A DNA stretch of 64,000 nt from Macrostomum hystrix. Its lineage: Eukaryota; Animalia; Platyhelminthes. The stretch covers positions 14,136,001-14,200,000 of the forward strand of contig CATNEN010000001.1 in the NCBI GenBank assembly GCA_950097015.1. The letters are read 5' to 3'. Below are positions 12,293 to 26,379 of the stretch, in pieces; within the stretch, counting starts at the first letter, position 1, and each line of letters starts with the position of its first letter. A model generated the notes under the pieces. The model searched no databases. It saw only the letters and a list, made by a program, of their open reading frames with translations, and was not told where the DNA came from. The position numbers and the translations under genes are program-made.

Positions 12293-15200
12293 TTGCCTAT
12301 ATACTACGAAGAATTACTATTTATTAGTATATTCTTTCGTTCGAATTCTTTTTTGACTGCAAGCTGCAGCTTGTGCTTACTTATTTTAAGCAATGGCCAT
12401 CGTAGCGATCAAATTCGCAACGCAATATTAGCAACGCAAGCAAATATATCGCGAGCTAGCAAATCGCTCCATTTTCTAACGACGGGTCCACCAGGTCCCC
12501 AAATTTTATCTGCAAAGCTTCGAAAACCAAAAGGGTGAATGTCAATATTACAAATACTCAGCAAAAGTCAAAATTATTAGCACCCGTAACGAAAGTCATC
12601 GATTTATCGTTGCACCAAACATTCTACATTTTTTGTCATTACATGTAATCCATAAAGTTTTAAATAAAGACGAGCAAGGCATAAATCATTAAATAGTTAT
12701 TTTTAAAGCATAAAAGTAACTTAAACGAAAGGTTGAAGCGAAAATAGTTCGCTAAAATTATTTTTTTAAACACATACTGCACAAAACGGCAAAACAGCGT
12801 TTAAATTTTGTAGGGTACGAAGTGCAATGCCTTACTATTCCTCACACCAGTATCTAAATGTTTTACTTTGTTTAGAGTTACATAAAGTTTCCGGAACATT
12901 TAACCTTTTCGACAGAAATCAACATGATAAATAATCGACCATTTTATAAATCTAATTAATGCAAAGTCATTGCATTCTGTCGCAAAAAGCAGTATAATCG
13001 CACGAGTTCAACCTACTGAAACATCGATTTAGTTAATTCATCTACAAATATAATATATTTTTTTAGTAAGTGTCTGAGCTTTCGTGTTCTGCTACAAAGT
13101 AGGGAAACCTTGAGACTTTCTGGTATTTCAGGTCTTAATTTAATAATTCTCGAAAAACCAAGGTATTCCAAATAATTAGCTACGAAACATATTGTTTTCC
13201 TTTCTTGAAGATCGGCTCGATATTACCCGCAACTTACGTATATAAACCGTAACGTACTCGTAACATTAAAGTTAAAAAACAAAATCTTATTAAAGGTATA
13301 GGCTACTTAATACTGCTTTGAAAAAACAAATAATTAAGTTCTTAAACATATACATAAAGAAGGCTCTGCAGATTTTTTTGGCGCGTTTATATTAAATTCA
13401 GATGCATGTTCGTCGGAGTTGTCCGCCATGTTGTTTTTAGCTTTTTCAAATTTTTTTTTTGTAATGAAATTATTGGTCGGTGGTCGCCATTTAAAATGAA
13501 TTGTAAGACGTTAAAGGTTGCAGTCCAGTATAATGTAATTGGTAATAGTTAATTGTTTATGTCCACTAGAATTTAGAAATGCCGATTTGCTGACGCATGC
13601 GCTGTTCCCTAATTCTAAATCAATCTAGGTCAAAATTAGTTGCAGCAAGTTATATACTTAGATTCAAGTCTAACGTTCCAATCTGATTCTAATAATTAGG
13701 CCTATCTAAACTTAATGGCTTGAATCTCGATGCGCGCGCGCGTGTCAGAAAACCGGTTGCAACTGGTGTCACTTTATATTTAACTTGTCAAGCTTAGTTT
13801 AAACAAATACTGAATACATAATTATTACAAAACATCCGTACGAAAATACCAGTTATATGAGAAGATGATTTAGCATAAATTTAGTTGTAATAACAGTACA
13901 CAAGAAATATTTTGATTTTACTAACAATTTAAAATAGACGAATTATTTCATTACAATTTTTAGTTGAACTGAAAGTGAAAGACAGCTAAATCGGGACAAA
14001 AAGTACAAGATTGTACCAATTGCAATCATTCCACATTACTGTTATTTTTTCTAGATTATTGCCACTTTAGTAGCTAATTTCGTTCTTCGTAAATCGTAAA
14101 TAAGGTTAAAAAGAAAAATATTAGTATTGTTTACTTCACTCTTCACTTAGTTTTGGACAAATCAGAGTCATTTGCACAAGTTTTAGCTGCACCTGCAGGT
14201 AATTAAAAACTCGATAAATGTCTAAACAATGTCAGTTGGAAAATAACATATGTCGCTATATGGCAAAATTACATGGTTAATATGATGTTATATAACACTC
14301 TAGATAGCTAGTATTGAGTAGGAAATATTATCTTACTATCTTTGGCAGGCCTTTGGCAGGTTATAAACTAGTTAACTCGGCAGTATACCAGTACTATAGT
14401 TAGTGCCTATAAGCATTTACTAATATTTAGTTTACATTGAAGATAGGTTAATCCAAAATTTTGTTAGAGGTTGTGCCAGTGTGTATTAAATTAGAAACAG
14501 TTGTCCGACTATAATATTCACTTTTATTTGTTAAGTTCTGCTGCTAGTTTCTTTGCATTTCTTGCTTAACAGTGTACCAAGCTCTGCAACTTTTTATGAA
14601 GCAACACAGTCACTAATTTCATTTGGTCTTTAGACCTAGCCTCCTAGCCTACTTCCAGAGTCAGAAAGGTGGCTCTGTGTGCCAGAAAGAAATTATAAAC
14701 AATGTAATATGTGACATGCACCACCAATATAAGTAACTTTAACATTGAGTCAAGTAGGCTTTGGTAAATAGTAAATAAAATAAATAGTTAATAGGGCAAG
14801 ATCTCAAAAAACTAATGCATACTCTTTGCACATAAAGGCTTCTTTCGAGTGGACCTTGAACTTGAGATCAGTATATATATCAATCAATCGCTCTTGAAAT
14901 CAATCACTTGAGAGGGTATTAGACTGAGATTAGTGGCAATCCATTGGAGGATTAGAGAAGTCCATGCTGGTATCAGTATCAGACAGGCTGATCATCTAGG
15001 CAGAACAACTGCAGCTGGACACTGCAGCATGTCAGTCTGGCCCTGGCGAAGCTAAGCAAACTGCCACCCCGAGTGCTACCAATTTTTGTCACATTCCATG
15101 GAGTCCATGGGTGGCAGAATGTGTTAATTTGTGAGAGTGAGAAAAAGGGATTTGTGTGCAAATTTTTAAGTAAATGTTCAATTTTTTATATTCAAGCAAG

Positions 15201-15413
15201 TGTATAGAAATGATGCCCAAGTGCAGGTCTGCAATCTCCACAGACTGTAGTTACATGACCACAATACTTGTGGGAATATATGTGGAATATAAGTGCTATG
15301 ATTTCATTGTAGAATATATAAAACTTTATAGTAATAAATAGAAAACAGTTGTCTGTCTACAATATTAAATACTGTGGAGCAATGCTTATAAATTACTTTC
15401 TCATTTCCAGACA

Positions 15414-17872
15414 ATGTATCGCGGCATCGAACTGAAGCGTGTTGTCAAAGCTTCACTGCAAACTGGCTGTCGTGGGCGACCCAGAAAGATTAAGACAATC
15501 ATTAGCGGCCGAAATCGAGGCTCAACATCTCGGCATCCTGTGTCCGAAACTACTCCTGTTCTAGTGGAAGCTAGCACCGAGAATGATGTCGGTATGCCTG
15601 AGTCTTTTGCTCCTACAGTAGAAGATGTTGAATGGATAGATTTTGACAGCTTTGCTGAGAAATACAGCGGTAGTTACGAGAAGCATTTTCTCTTAAATCT
15701 GTGTTCCTCTTGCTATGAGCACGAAGGTGTATATCGATGTGTTACTTGTCGACTTAGCTTATGTGCCAGCTGTAAGAATGAGACGCATAAAAAGTTTTCA
15801 GCCCACAAGTTTCTCATATGGAATAAGGAGAGTCTAATGTTTCAGGAACTGGATGCTACTTACGATGCTTTTGAAATGTTTTGCTGCGCTTCTAGTAAAT
15901 TGAATCTAAATGTCTGTGCGGCTACAAAAGTTGACCTTATAGATCTGGCTGGAAGCGTAAAGGTCATTTTTATTACCTGCGACTCCTGTGATCTTATTGG
16001 TGCACTCCTTTCCCAGGGGTTCTTCCCTTGTTGGGAAGGGTCAAAGCCTGATTCAGATGGGTATGCATTCTTTTCTTTTACCTTTTTGTCCCTGCTAGAC
16101 AGTTTGTGTATGACTGGGCAGTTGCCTGTTCACAGAGCGGTCAGTACACTGCTCATTGGGCCAACTCTGGGACAAGGTACATATAATTTGGCTCTTGTAA
16201 AAAGCACTTATCAACGCATTCAACGACATGATGTTTTGCTGCGGTTTCGCCACCTGCAAATGGCCTCAGCAAAATGGCCAAATAATTGTCTTCTCTGTGC
16301 AGATAATCACGCTGTGCGCAAAACTGTTGTCTGTGCAGATGCTCTATTTGGTTGGCAGCGCTTTAAAGCCAGGGGGCGTACACAACTGGAAATACCATCA
16401 GATGGTCGTCCATTACCTACGCCGCTTGTCTATGTAGATATTACAGCGGATGTGCCAAAAAATCGAGCAGAGGAACAGAATTGTCCTAATTGGAAGGCCG
16501 GTGCTCATGAACCATTAAGTCGTGAGCAGAGACATGATGTCACGGGTTTCTTTGGGTTATTCTGTCGTCACAATCGCCTTTTGTGTGGCTCAAATATCAC
16601 AACTGGTGGTGAAAAGTTTTGCTACCTGGAACAGTGCCTTGAACACTTTCTGCGAAACGTCAAAGTGTCTAAGGAATTACTTGTCGTATATGACGTGGGT
16701 AAGTTTATTATTATTTTATAAAATGCATACAATCTATGAAATACTGTTGCTTGTGTACAGTTATATGACAACATGACTTACTCTTTATCCCAATTCACAG
16801 GCTGTCGCGTATCCAGCCGGGTAACTTCCGCTATTGCGAAGTCTGGTGCCAACATTCAAGCGAGTAGCTGTGCAATAAACGCTTTTCATGCTCTTGGTCA
16901 CCTGCCCGGTTGTCAAAAAAAGTTTTCTGTTCGCGTTACTCCAGGCGCAGGTCTATGCGATGGAGAGAATACTGAGCGAGCCTGGTCTCAACTCAGGCCG
17001 TTCGGTAAGTTTTTAAAGTACATGCGAAAAGACCGACGAGCGCAATACATGGCGCATATTCTATACTTCTTTAATGCACAACAGGTTCTTAGCGCTTCTG
17101 GGTGGTTTACACAACGTATTTACGGTATTAAGCTTTTTATGGTAGGTGCGAGAAAAAGCATTCTAAGTGAGCTAAAAGAGCTACAAAGCCAGTCTGCGAT
17201 TTTGCAGCACTCGGGGGTCCTAAATGACAGTCTGGTCATTTCTGAGGATGAAATTTTGGATTTAGCCTCCCAATGGTATGAAGATTCCCTCCGAGTAGCT
17301 ACTCGGACGCTGTACACAACTCGGAAGATGATATCCTATGTGAGCTACGCGGTCTTGCAGTGCACAGAGATCATTGGAGTAAATAGGTTGGTAAGTCGGT
17401 TGGCCAAAGTCAAACCAGAATGTGCTTGCGAAAGGTTAAAAGTTATGCATCCGACATGAAGAAACTCTACGCTCGTCTTCCAATTGAAGACAGAGCTTCT
17501 TTCGATGAATATAAAAAGCCGCGTAGTGCGAAATATGAACATTTGTCTGGAACCAACCTTTCCATCCGATTTAGTCAGCGGGCTATAGACGTCAGTAACA
17601 AGTATAAACGGCTAAGAGAAGAAGCGCATATTATTTCAGATGAGTGGGTTGACCTTAAGGTTAATTTGCAGAGCCTCTGTGATGACTTAGCGAATCAGCC
17701 GGGCTTAGCCGCTCAATTTCGGGATTTGTTTAAAAGACTGCTTGAAGTTGTTTCAAGTAAAAGCGTGACTGATGCTGTAAAATATCTTCTTGCGAATAAG
17801 TTCTCCCTAAGCACACTGAGTCAGAGCGCTAATGCTTCAGAAGATTGCTTCAGAAAATTCGGGGTCTTCTGA
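15414..17872 (+). pseudogene. KDZ (Kyakuja-Dileera-Zisupton) transposase with N-terminal AT-hook and CxC cysteine cluster; intron ~16700-16800; C-terminal part disrupted
   Basis: RGRPRK; CSSC…YRCVTCRLSLCASC…H…H; GFFP; VCADALF; TGFFGLFCRH; GGEKFCY; VYDVG|C; INAFHALGHLPGCQ; GAGLCDGENTERAWSQL are KDZ core motifs. The downstream region needs a frameshift near 17290 and has an in-frame TAG at 17384-17386. Confidence 0.85.
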
Positions 17873-18642
17873 TAGCGACTCCGATTAAGTATACAACCAG
17901 TGTACTAATAATTCCACCTTTACTTGTGCTTTTAATTGAAGTCAAGCGCTGCCTTGTAAATTCACTCTGCACCTACTTTTGTGTGGTGCTGTGAAGCGTT
18001 AAGTTTAAGAGCGCTAAAATTAATGCCGATTTTGCCCACATTTTGGACACATTTCTTTCAACTAGCAAATATTTACAGGTCACTTTGCACATGAAATTCA
18101 ATGTGCTGTGAAGCGCTACATTTTAAAGCGCTAATTTCATGAGCCCATGAGTCAGCCTTCTCGCGGCGGACTCGTTGAGCGTGAATAAAATCTGCTAACT
18201 ATCGTGCGCGGCCAATCTTACCGTGCATGTTTGCACTATCCAGCGGACTGGCAGTGTACTTACGTTAGCTGTTTTTATTCGTGGGACTAATGACACTATT
18301 AATTTCGTTCATTTATCAGCTTTTCCGTTCAATTCCGTTTTATTATTATTATATAGCTCACAGTTTCATTGTCTGTCAAATAAATGGAGGGGCTCCTAAA
18401 CAGTGTTTCGCGTTTCCGTTTTTTCATTGCTTGTTTTTTAGATGCGCTTTCTTTCTGCTCATTAGTTGGCTGTGCAGGGAACAGCTAGGACAAATGGAGA
18501 TAGATGTGCATTTGAGAATAGACTGCCTGCTTTATACAATTATATGCATAGTAGATCAATGTCATTATTAGCGTTCACGGCTTCATTTAGGGTCAAGCTT
18601 TAATTTTCAACGTTTCAAACTTCAATCTCGAATAAATTTCAG

Positions 18643-19180
18643 GCCAGCATCACTTCCATTGAAAGTTGATGACACCCCCAACATTCACGCCGCGATTACG
18701 TGTCTTCAGTGCCACTGGAGTGGCAGGGCATCAGGTTTTAAACAGCATTGCCGCCGAGCTCATCCGTACCTATCTGAAAAGCGAATTGACGCCAACCTTC
18801 GCTACTGTCGCCTACAACATAAGCTGGAGTTTTCTCCGATTATTTATCTCTGTCCATATTGATCTACTATCACTTCGGGATTCGATACGCACATGCTCAT
18901 TCACAATCGCGGGAAAAGAGGAGGCGATAGAATCATCATCACGACTGAGGACTTCAAAGCTGCTAACCTTGCTGCATTAAGTTTCATTGACGAGCTACGC
19001 AACATCGCTGTTGGTGGTAAAACTTGCGGTACTCCTGCCAACGACATATTGCCGGCTCTTCCAGCAGCTGGTCAACCTACGAGTGCTCATTCAGTTGATT
19101 TAACCTCCAAAAGTCTGATGGTATGCACTGCTTACCACGTAGACACACCAATTCCAGTCTGGCCCAGGCAAGCAAATTAG
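18643..19180 (+). pseudogene. Two-zinc-finger exon resembling the N-terminus of the YR gene at 4775; TGA replaces a zinc-ligand Cys
   Basis: ORFs 18659-18862 and 18893-19180 are in frame: CLQC-x11-H-x4-H … CPY*-x9-H-x3-H. Acceptor tttcag at 18642. Confidence 0.6.
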
Positions 19181-19540
19181 TATCTATGGCCAAAGTTTTT
19201 TATCCGTTCCGGTCGTCATGGTAAGCAGGGCTTACCCAAGCATACTCGTATATTCTCCATACAACAATATTTTTCCATTTTTGTATTCAAAGACAGGTTG
19301 CAGTACGCTTTAGGATATATCGAATTAGGCTATGAGAAAGGTTAAAATATGCTAGATAACACTGGTTAAATTATGCTATATTAGACTGGTTGAGTTATAA
19401 TAATTATTCTGGCAATCGTTTTTTAAGCTAATTGAAACTGAAAACGTGTTAAAAACGGTTGAATTTAATTTTGTCTGGCAACAATTCGATAATACTTGTA
19501 TTAAGTTTTTAACGCTTGCAGTTAATCAATCGGACTGCAA

Positions 19541-21179
19541 CTAGGCGTGCCATTCTTGAAAGCAGCCTTCCAGGCACAGACCAGGCGCACCTGGGCACTC
19601 CGGGCAGCAGTAGATTGTACGCTTGCTGCTTCCAGCTCGATAGCAGACGCGGCACCGCTTCGTAGGTCTCGGTTGACTCTCGCGAGCCGTTATTTTTGTT
19701 GGAAAGTGCGGGCCGATCAGACCGATTGCCTGGACTGCCAGAGTTACAGCAGCCGGTCGCTTTCTACTCCCTCCAGTGCACTGCACCAATTCGCGAATGC
19801 TGGCCTCCAGAAACTTGGAAAAAACCTTCCGCCCGCCACACCGACAGTACACAATCCAAGCATTCCGAACCATTTGCAGGAACAGGTGCAGACCAAGCTT
19901 CAGAAACCACTTCGTGGTTTTTCTGCCAGGTTGATGAGGCTGCATGTGACCATCCATTCGGTCAACGCCGCCCATGCATCGGTTGTAGGTCAATGCAGAT
20001 CTGCACTTCTGCACGATGGCTTCTCCTCCACCACGGATGATGCGTCTGACTGGCACTCTGGAAGCCGCCTCCTTCGTATCCAGTAGGTACAGAGTCTTCA
20101 GGCCGCTCTCTTTTCTCTCTACTATTTTAGCTACAAGCACGGAGCCGTTGCGCATGAAGCCAACATCATTCGGTGGCACATTCGACTGTCTGAGTTCAAT
20201 CGGCACACCACGATCGGACCGGATAGTGCAGGTCAGATTAGTTCCTCGAGTCAGCAAGTACTCAGCGAGCCGATAAGAGCCAAACCACTTGTCAACAAAT
20301 ACGCGATAGCCTTTATGCAGGAGATCTCGGCACAGCTCCACGACAATCTTCTCACTAAAAGACAGGTGGCTTTCTTGTAGATCTTCGTCGAACCTGCGAT
20401 TCTCCACCGGGGTTGAGTGGACGCGAAAGTTGTAAAGATACCCCGTCTCGGCTTCACAGGCGCAGTACAGCTTGATGCCGTACTTGGCGCGCTTCGTTGG
20501 GATATACTGCTTGAAGCGCAGGCGCCCCTTGTACAGCACCAGTGACTCGTCGATGCTTATATCCTCCTCCGGCATGTAGACATTCATGCACAGCTGTCTA
20601 AAGATGTCCAGCAAAGGACGGATCTTAAACAACGGATCGCCCGGAGCCGGACCCTGAGCGCAATCGTAAAAGCGAAGCAGACCGAGCAGCTGCTTGAAGC
20701 GATCCCTGAAAGAATGGAGTCGAATAGTAGCTGTCAATGCACCAGTACTGGTTCATCTCGGCCTTCTTGTTGCTGCCCATGTAGAGGTACATCCCGATTA
20801 CCTTCTTTACTTCATTCTTGCTACAATCGATCCATTTCTGATAACTCACAGGGAGGTCCTCAGCAGGCGTTGAATGGATTACGACCTCGGCTCTTCGGTT
20901 AGTCCATTTAGCTAAATTGTCAAACAAAGCGTTGGGTAGAAAGAGGCCAAGAAAAAATGAAGTGGATTGCTGAACATTAACGGGAACTTCGATTCCAGGA
21001 TTAAGGCCAGGTGTGACAAGAAACTCTGTTTCACTATCAGAAACGTCAATCTCAGCGATAGCAGGACGCCATGGCATCTCGTCGGTCGCTTCTTCATCAC
21101 CTGTCTCCATGACATCAGACGCCTCATCCAAGACAATCAATTCCTCATCATCCGACGTCATTAGCTCGTCAATTTGCAT
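19541..21179 (-). pseudogene. piggyBac (PGBD4-like) transposase with one frameshift near 20710
   Basis: YWCIDSYYSTPFF / RDRFKQLL junction in different frames. Catalytic SIDESLV, VFVDKWF and MGGVDRMD; KRAKYGIKLY; C-terminal Cys-rich CRVC…CPECPGAPGLCLEGCFQEWH. Candidate 5' end …GATCGGAAGAGG|TTAA at ~21614-21618. Confidence 0.93.
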
Positions 21180-22124
21180 ATTGTTTTAGAGTTATTAAAA
21201 AAATTGCTACTGTCAAATGAACTGTGGTTGATGCTAGCCTGGCAAGATTGAGCAACTATTGGAACGCGTAGTACATGGGAAGAAGAACAGTTTCTTAACT
21301 TGAAGGCTTAGTGAGACAAAAATCGTGATATACACTACATGTAGTATTTTCGATAGTTAACTACTCTATGGTCAAGACCCCAGACCATAGACGGATTTTA
21401 CAGTGGTATACCGATGCCATTATGTACATTGGTTAGTATACACACATGAATATATTTTTCTGCTGCTTTTCTCAAGCCCTCTAGACCCATTCCAAAATTC
21501 TAGTAGACTGGAATGTCTATGCCCTCGGCAAAAGCGAGAGTAGTCTATGGTAAGCTCTGCGTACCATTCCGACCGGAACGGATATGTTGCACAAACTGGA
21601 TCAGATCGGAAGAGGTTAATCCACAGGTGCCTGGGGCCCAAGACTACAGTTGTAATAAACGCTCCGCTGCAGCTTTAAGCTACAATTCTGATGTCAACAT
21701 GATGACGTGCGCGATGTCAACATGACGTGCGCGAGCATTCAACACAATGGAAATGACGATCCATTACATTTTTGGTGGTGCTTCTGGTCTTTCGACCATT
21801 GTGGCCAATCTTTGAAGAAGCATCTTGCTAACGCTATTTTAGCTTTTAAAAATAGTTGCACAATTAAAGGTACGTGGCTACGCACTTCTACGCCTTTAGC
21901 CTTGTCTAATGTCTTTTTTTCAATTCCCTCCAGTCGTCCAAGGCGTTTTGTTGTAATGCGAACTCGGCCAATCTGACTTCATAATTGCTTCATATGCGTT
22001 CATATCCATACAAGTGTCAATGCTCATATGCGTGTGTACACCTTTTATGTCTGCTTGCCTGCAATCCTACTTGTGCATGTATTTGACTTACCTATAGTCA
22101 TTACACTTAGCTAGAATAATTTAG

Positions 22125-22320
22125 CCCAGGTGTGGCAGCAATGGTCAGAGGAGAGCTAGAGTCAAACTGTTCAGAATATGTTCTGATGACTAAATTATTC
22201 AGTTTTCCCTGGTAGTCATGCAATTTCTTGGATGGTCAGAGGAGAGCTAGAGTCAGACTGTTCAGAATATGTTCCGATGAATAAATTATTCAGTTTTCCC
22301 TGGTAGTCATGCAATTTCTT
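22125..22320. repeat. ~110-bp direct duplication
   Basis: atggtcagaggagagctagagtca…ggtagtcatgcaatttctt occurs twice; related sequence at ~25028. Confidence 0.85.
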
Positions 22321-22633
22321 CAATAGTCGTGCTCCCTTGCAAACGAGCAGCGGAGTGAGAGAAGAGAGTTCTGACGTTCTAAACGCGTTTAACAAAGATA
22401 AAATCTCAAACTCTAATTCCTGCTTTCTTTATGCTCACTGTGCGTGCACAGTATGTGTTTTTACGTGAGGGTCTGTACTTTGTTCAATTAATGTTTCTGT
22501 CTAACTAGGACTTTTAACCATCTCATTGGCAAAAATTGTGTCGCACAGGCACAGCATAGGTGACCTGCTCAAGGTATACTGACTAAAATTATTATTATGT
22601 TATTATTATTATTACTTCTTTCTTAGAATCACA

Positions 22634-22800
22634 GGGTGAGGTGACAGAGGAGAGAGTGAGGTGACAGAGGAGAGAGTGAGGTGACAGATGAGAGAGTGAG
22701 GTGACAGAGGAGAGAGTGAGGGCACAGAGAGGAGAGAGTGAGGGCACAGAGAGGAGAGAGTGAGGACACAGAGAGGAGAGGGTGAGGTGACAGAGAGAGC
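22634..22800. repeat. 20-22-bp purine-rich minisatellite
   Basis: (gaggtgacagaggagagagt)n. Confidence 0.9.
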
Positions 22801-22802
22801 TT

Positions 22803-24165
22803 GTGGGCACCTATTGTCGTTTAGGAAAACTCAAGAAACCAAAAATTGGTGCCACGCTTGGCCTTAACTGCATGCGTTTCCCACCACACAGACTACTTAA
22901 TTACTATTGTAGCCAGAGTTATAAACTTGAACTGGAGCTTGTGCGCACCTATGATTCGGACAATCGCACGTCGATAGAGCATGCCTAGAGCTTTCTAACG
23001 ACACCAAGATCGTCGATAAATACCCACCGGAAGGCTGTCAAATGATGTCTAGAGTGTCAGAGGTACCTCCTAATGGATAGCGCTATGAGTAGATTATGAC
23101 GCTTTACTAGACCGGCTGCCAGCAGACAGCGAATGCAGATCTATCGACGCAATCAGCGACATCCGACGCGCCATTTATTGGCCTACCAGACGACATCAGT
23201 CTCATCTCTCTAAATATAGCGGTTCTCAAATGGGGTCATCAAAAGAAAGAAATCACAAAAGTGATTTCGTGATGCCCCTTAATTTTGATGGATTTAGATG
23301 GGATTTGATGTCCCGTAGTCTGGGATAGACGTAGAGGAGATCCCCGTCGAAAACTAGGGTCTAAAAGACAGCCTGCGGCCTCAGAATGACAACAGTGTAT
23401 CGCCCCTGTGTATTTCGTCAAATTTTCTAGGTGACTTTCCAGGTTAATAAGTTCGAGTAGAAATCATTTGAAATCATGAAACCAACTCAGTCGTGTAGGA
23501 AATCATTTCTAGATTGATTTTCAATTGAATCCGACTCTATAAATTGTGCTCAAATCTCTTGGGACAACGACGACAGCCATATACTCGTACTATTGACTGT
23601 AGTACGAATAGATACCGTTTAAAATATGAATATATATGTGCAATGGTACAGCTTGTTATACATGTATATGTAGAAACATGATACATGTATCATGTTTAAA
23701 TTTTTGCCTAGGTTATATCTACTGATTTTGCTTAGCTAAATTTTTTTTCAAGAACTTTTGTACAATATAGTATGACTATTCTTATACGAATTACTTACTA
23801 GGGACCTTATTATGAATACAACTGTGAACTGCTTTTGCTACTCTTAGTACGACAGTACTAAGGCCTTGGTAAGAATACCACGTAAGACTTAATTTAATAA
23901 GAATACCATGAGCAGTCTGAACTTAGTAAGTTAATTACTGGTCGTCCCACTGGGAAACCAACAATTGGTGCCACGCTTGGCCTTAACTGCATGCGTTTCC
24001 CACCACACAGACTACTTAATTATTACTATGTAGCCAGATTTATAAACTTGGCTACAATTGGTGCCACGCATGGCCTTAACTGCATGTGTTTCGCACCAAC
24101 AATTGGTGGCACCTATTGTCATTTAGGAAAATTCAAGAAACCAACAATTGGTGCCACGCTCGTCT
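22803..24165. repeat. Dispersed repeats: AATTGGTGCCACGC… units (22803-22950, 23955-24165) flanking an inverted copy (~23420-23600) of the repeat at 40830-41045 and 56630-56814
   Basis: caattggtgccacgcttggccttaactgcatg recurs. ctaggtgactttccaggttaa is the reverse complement of ttaacctggaaagtcacctag. Confidence 0.75.
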
Positions 24166-25399
24166 CTTTTAATCATCCCAGCGTTTCAGCCCCATCGCCG
24201 AGTTTCTTTTCATCCAGCTCCCTGTCCCGCGGCTTCTCAACCCAGCCCAGCCCATATTTCAGCTTCTTTCTTGGAAACACTCACACTTTATTGTGTAAAT
24301 TGTGCATGTACTGTATGTGTTGTCAATGGACGGGCTTTAATTTGTGGAATTGCAAATTACTTATGTGACATTACTTATTGTTATTCAATGTGACATTCAA
24401 TGTTAGCTTAGCTCGTTTGCATGCACTTGTCACCACTGTCTGGGTGCACCCCCGTTGATGTTGTTTGTGTCTCATGCAATTGGTTTGCGTGCAACTGGGG
24501 TGGGCCGTCTGTCTGGGATCCCCAGATCCCCCCAAATCCTCAGCCCCAGGGTCTGGAAATTAGACTGCATGAACGCAAATATAAGGAGCCGCGATATCAG
24601 ACTGGTTCTTTACTGTGTTTCAATTCTGGCCTTACTTCTGCCTTTGAGTTATTACAACTTACTTAAGAAGCCGTTTACAAATTATCAGTAAGATATATAC
24701 ATGGAGCTTGTGGATGCACAGCACGATTTTGTGAATGTCACACGGATATGACATCCCTCAGAGAAACGGAAATTAAAGGGAAGCATTCGTCATGAACTTA
24801 TACTCATCTATGAGCAAAATGAGGTGTGCAACGAAGCCAATAATGAGGTAAGTCAGAGTTTAACGAACACTGACCATATCAATAGAATAAATATATATGT
24901 GTGTATCTGGCTTAACCTAAAGTCAGTACAACTACTGTACCGTACTTTATATGTTTGCCAGTAGATGAATCCGAGATATTATTAATATTAGGCCATATAG
25001 TGCAGCTTCGACGAAATTTAGCACTGGTGTGGCAGCGATGGTCAGAGGAGAGAGTCAGACTGTCAGTGGTCCCACTCTGATGGATGCATTTTTCCACCTG
25101 GTAGAATCCACCTGGTGGAATCCACCTGGTGGATTCACTTATGTATTCAATTTCAAATTCAGTTGCCTCTCCAAATAAAAGAAATGTTGGGGGTCGTGAA
25201 TAATCGTTGGGGTCGTTGGGGATCGCGATTCGAGGCTAGAAGCAATCTGAATTAAACAAAGCATCTCAAAAGTTTCTCTTTTACACGTTGCATGAGCAGT
25301 TGCTTAACTTTATGCTCGAAATCAGGCATGAGTCGCTTTCTGTTATTTTTGTAATTAAAAAACACAAAAACACAATAAAAAGCACAGATATGCAAGAGT

Positions 25400-26330
25400 G
25401 AGCAGATAAGCAAAAAAGGCGTTCGACAGGGTGACGAAAAAATATCTCGTTTATAAGATGAGCGGCATGTTGAATCAAAGGCTCATAGGCTCATAGATTC
25501 ATAGCAGAAGCCGTAGCAGGAATCGTAGCCAGAATCGCAGCACAGCAGTACAAGAATGAGCACAGAGAAGCAATACTGAGCACAGATAAGCAATAATGAG
25601 CACAGACAAGCAATCATGAGCACAGAGAAGCAATAATGAGCACAGATTAAGCAGGAGCACCTACAAAAGCGGGCGCAACAGGAGAAAGATTCAGTCTTTG
25701 AAATTTCATCAAATTTCTGCGGACAAACCGTTACTGTTAATTGCGCCTGATTACATTTGATTACCTTATTTCTGTAAATGTATTAATTTTAGACTACTCC
25801 TGCACAGCCCTCTGTTATATATATTTGCATTAATGCATCCTATGCTTGGCTTCAATCAGTGATGCATCCTACATGTGGAAGTCAGTCACGAATTTCCCCT
25901 CTCAATCGGCAAGTAATCGGCGAGACAGCTTGCCCCCTGTCTCGCTGAGGTCAGTCCAGGGTTTGCACTTTCTCAACACGCAAGTCAGGCGTCGGTGAGG
26001 CAGGTCTGCGGATCCAATATCGGCAGCACTGGTGTCACCTGGCCCTGCTTCCGTCTGCCGGTAGCGCCACCGCCGCTTCCGCTGCGACGCCGCCTCCGCC
26101 ACCGAAGCCGCCAACCCAGGCAGCAGAGGTCCGGGCCCATTCGCTTGACCTCCGGTTTCGAGCGCAGCTCCGTGATCAGGTTGGCTGCCGCAGCTCCTGT
26201 AGCAGGTCCTGACGGGACAAGCCTGGAGCTGATGGATTGTCCAAGTTGACAACCAAGTTTGAGAGCCCGTTGATGCGTCTGATGAAGGCCATACGTGTCG
26301 GTAGGCCTGTTTGAGTAGTGCAGGTGAGTA
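25400..26330 (-). pseudogene. Possible heavily decayed DUF4806-like gene
   Basis: Minus-strand fragments LPILDPQTCL, LADYLPIERGNS*LTSTCRM and LIQHAAHL parallel FSPISSW, ADCLRSCRGSSVHDTCKRM and LLKHAAERL of the gene at 9662. Confidence 0.3.
25555..25655. repeat. ~20-21-bp tandem repeat x ~5
   Basis: (tgagcacagagaagcaataa)n. Confidence 0.85.
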
Positions 26331-26379
26331 CGGGCTTGATGTTTAACAGGTACCATGCCAAGCAGAACAGGTGAACACT

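Noticed and set aside
4437-18862. Alternative genetic code suggested by single in-frame stops (TAA 4437, TAG 17384, TGA 18860)
   Set aside because: All three stop types are involved, TAG and TAA end conserved proteins at expected C-termini (piggyBac, SET, microprotein), and frameshifts also occur. Ordinary decay explains them.
19547-20086. 179-aa plus-strand ORF (and 46586-47092, 42260-42781)
   Set aside because: Antisense shadows of well-supported genes on the other strand.
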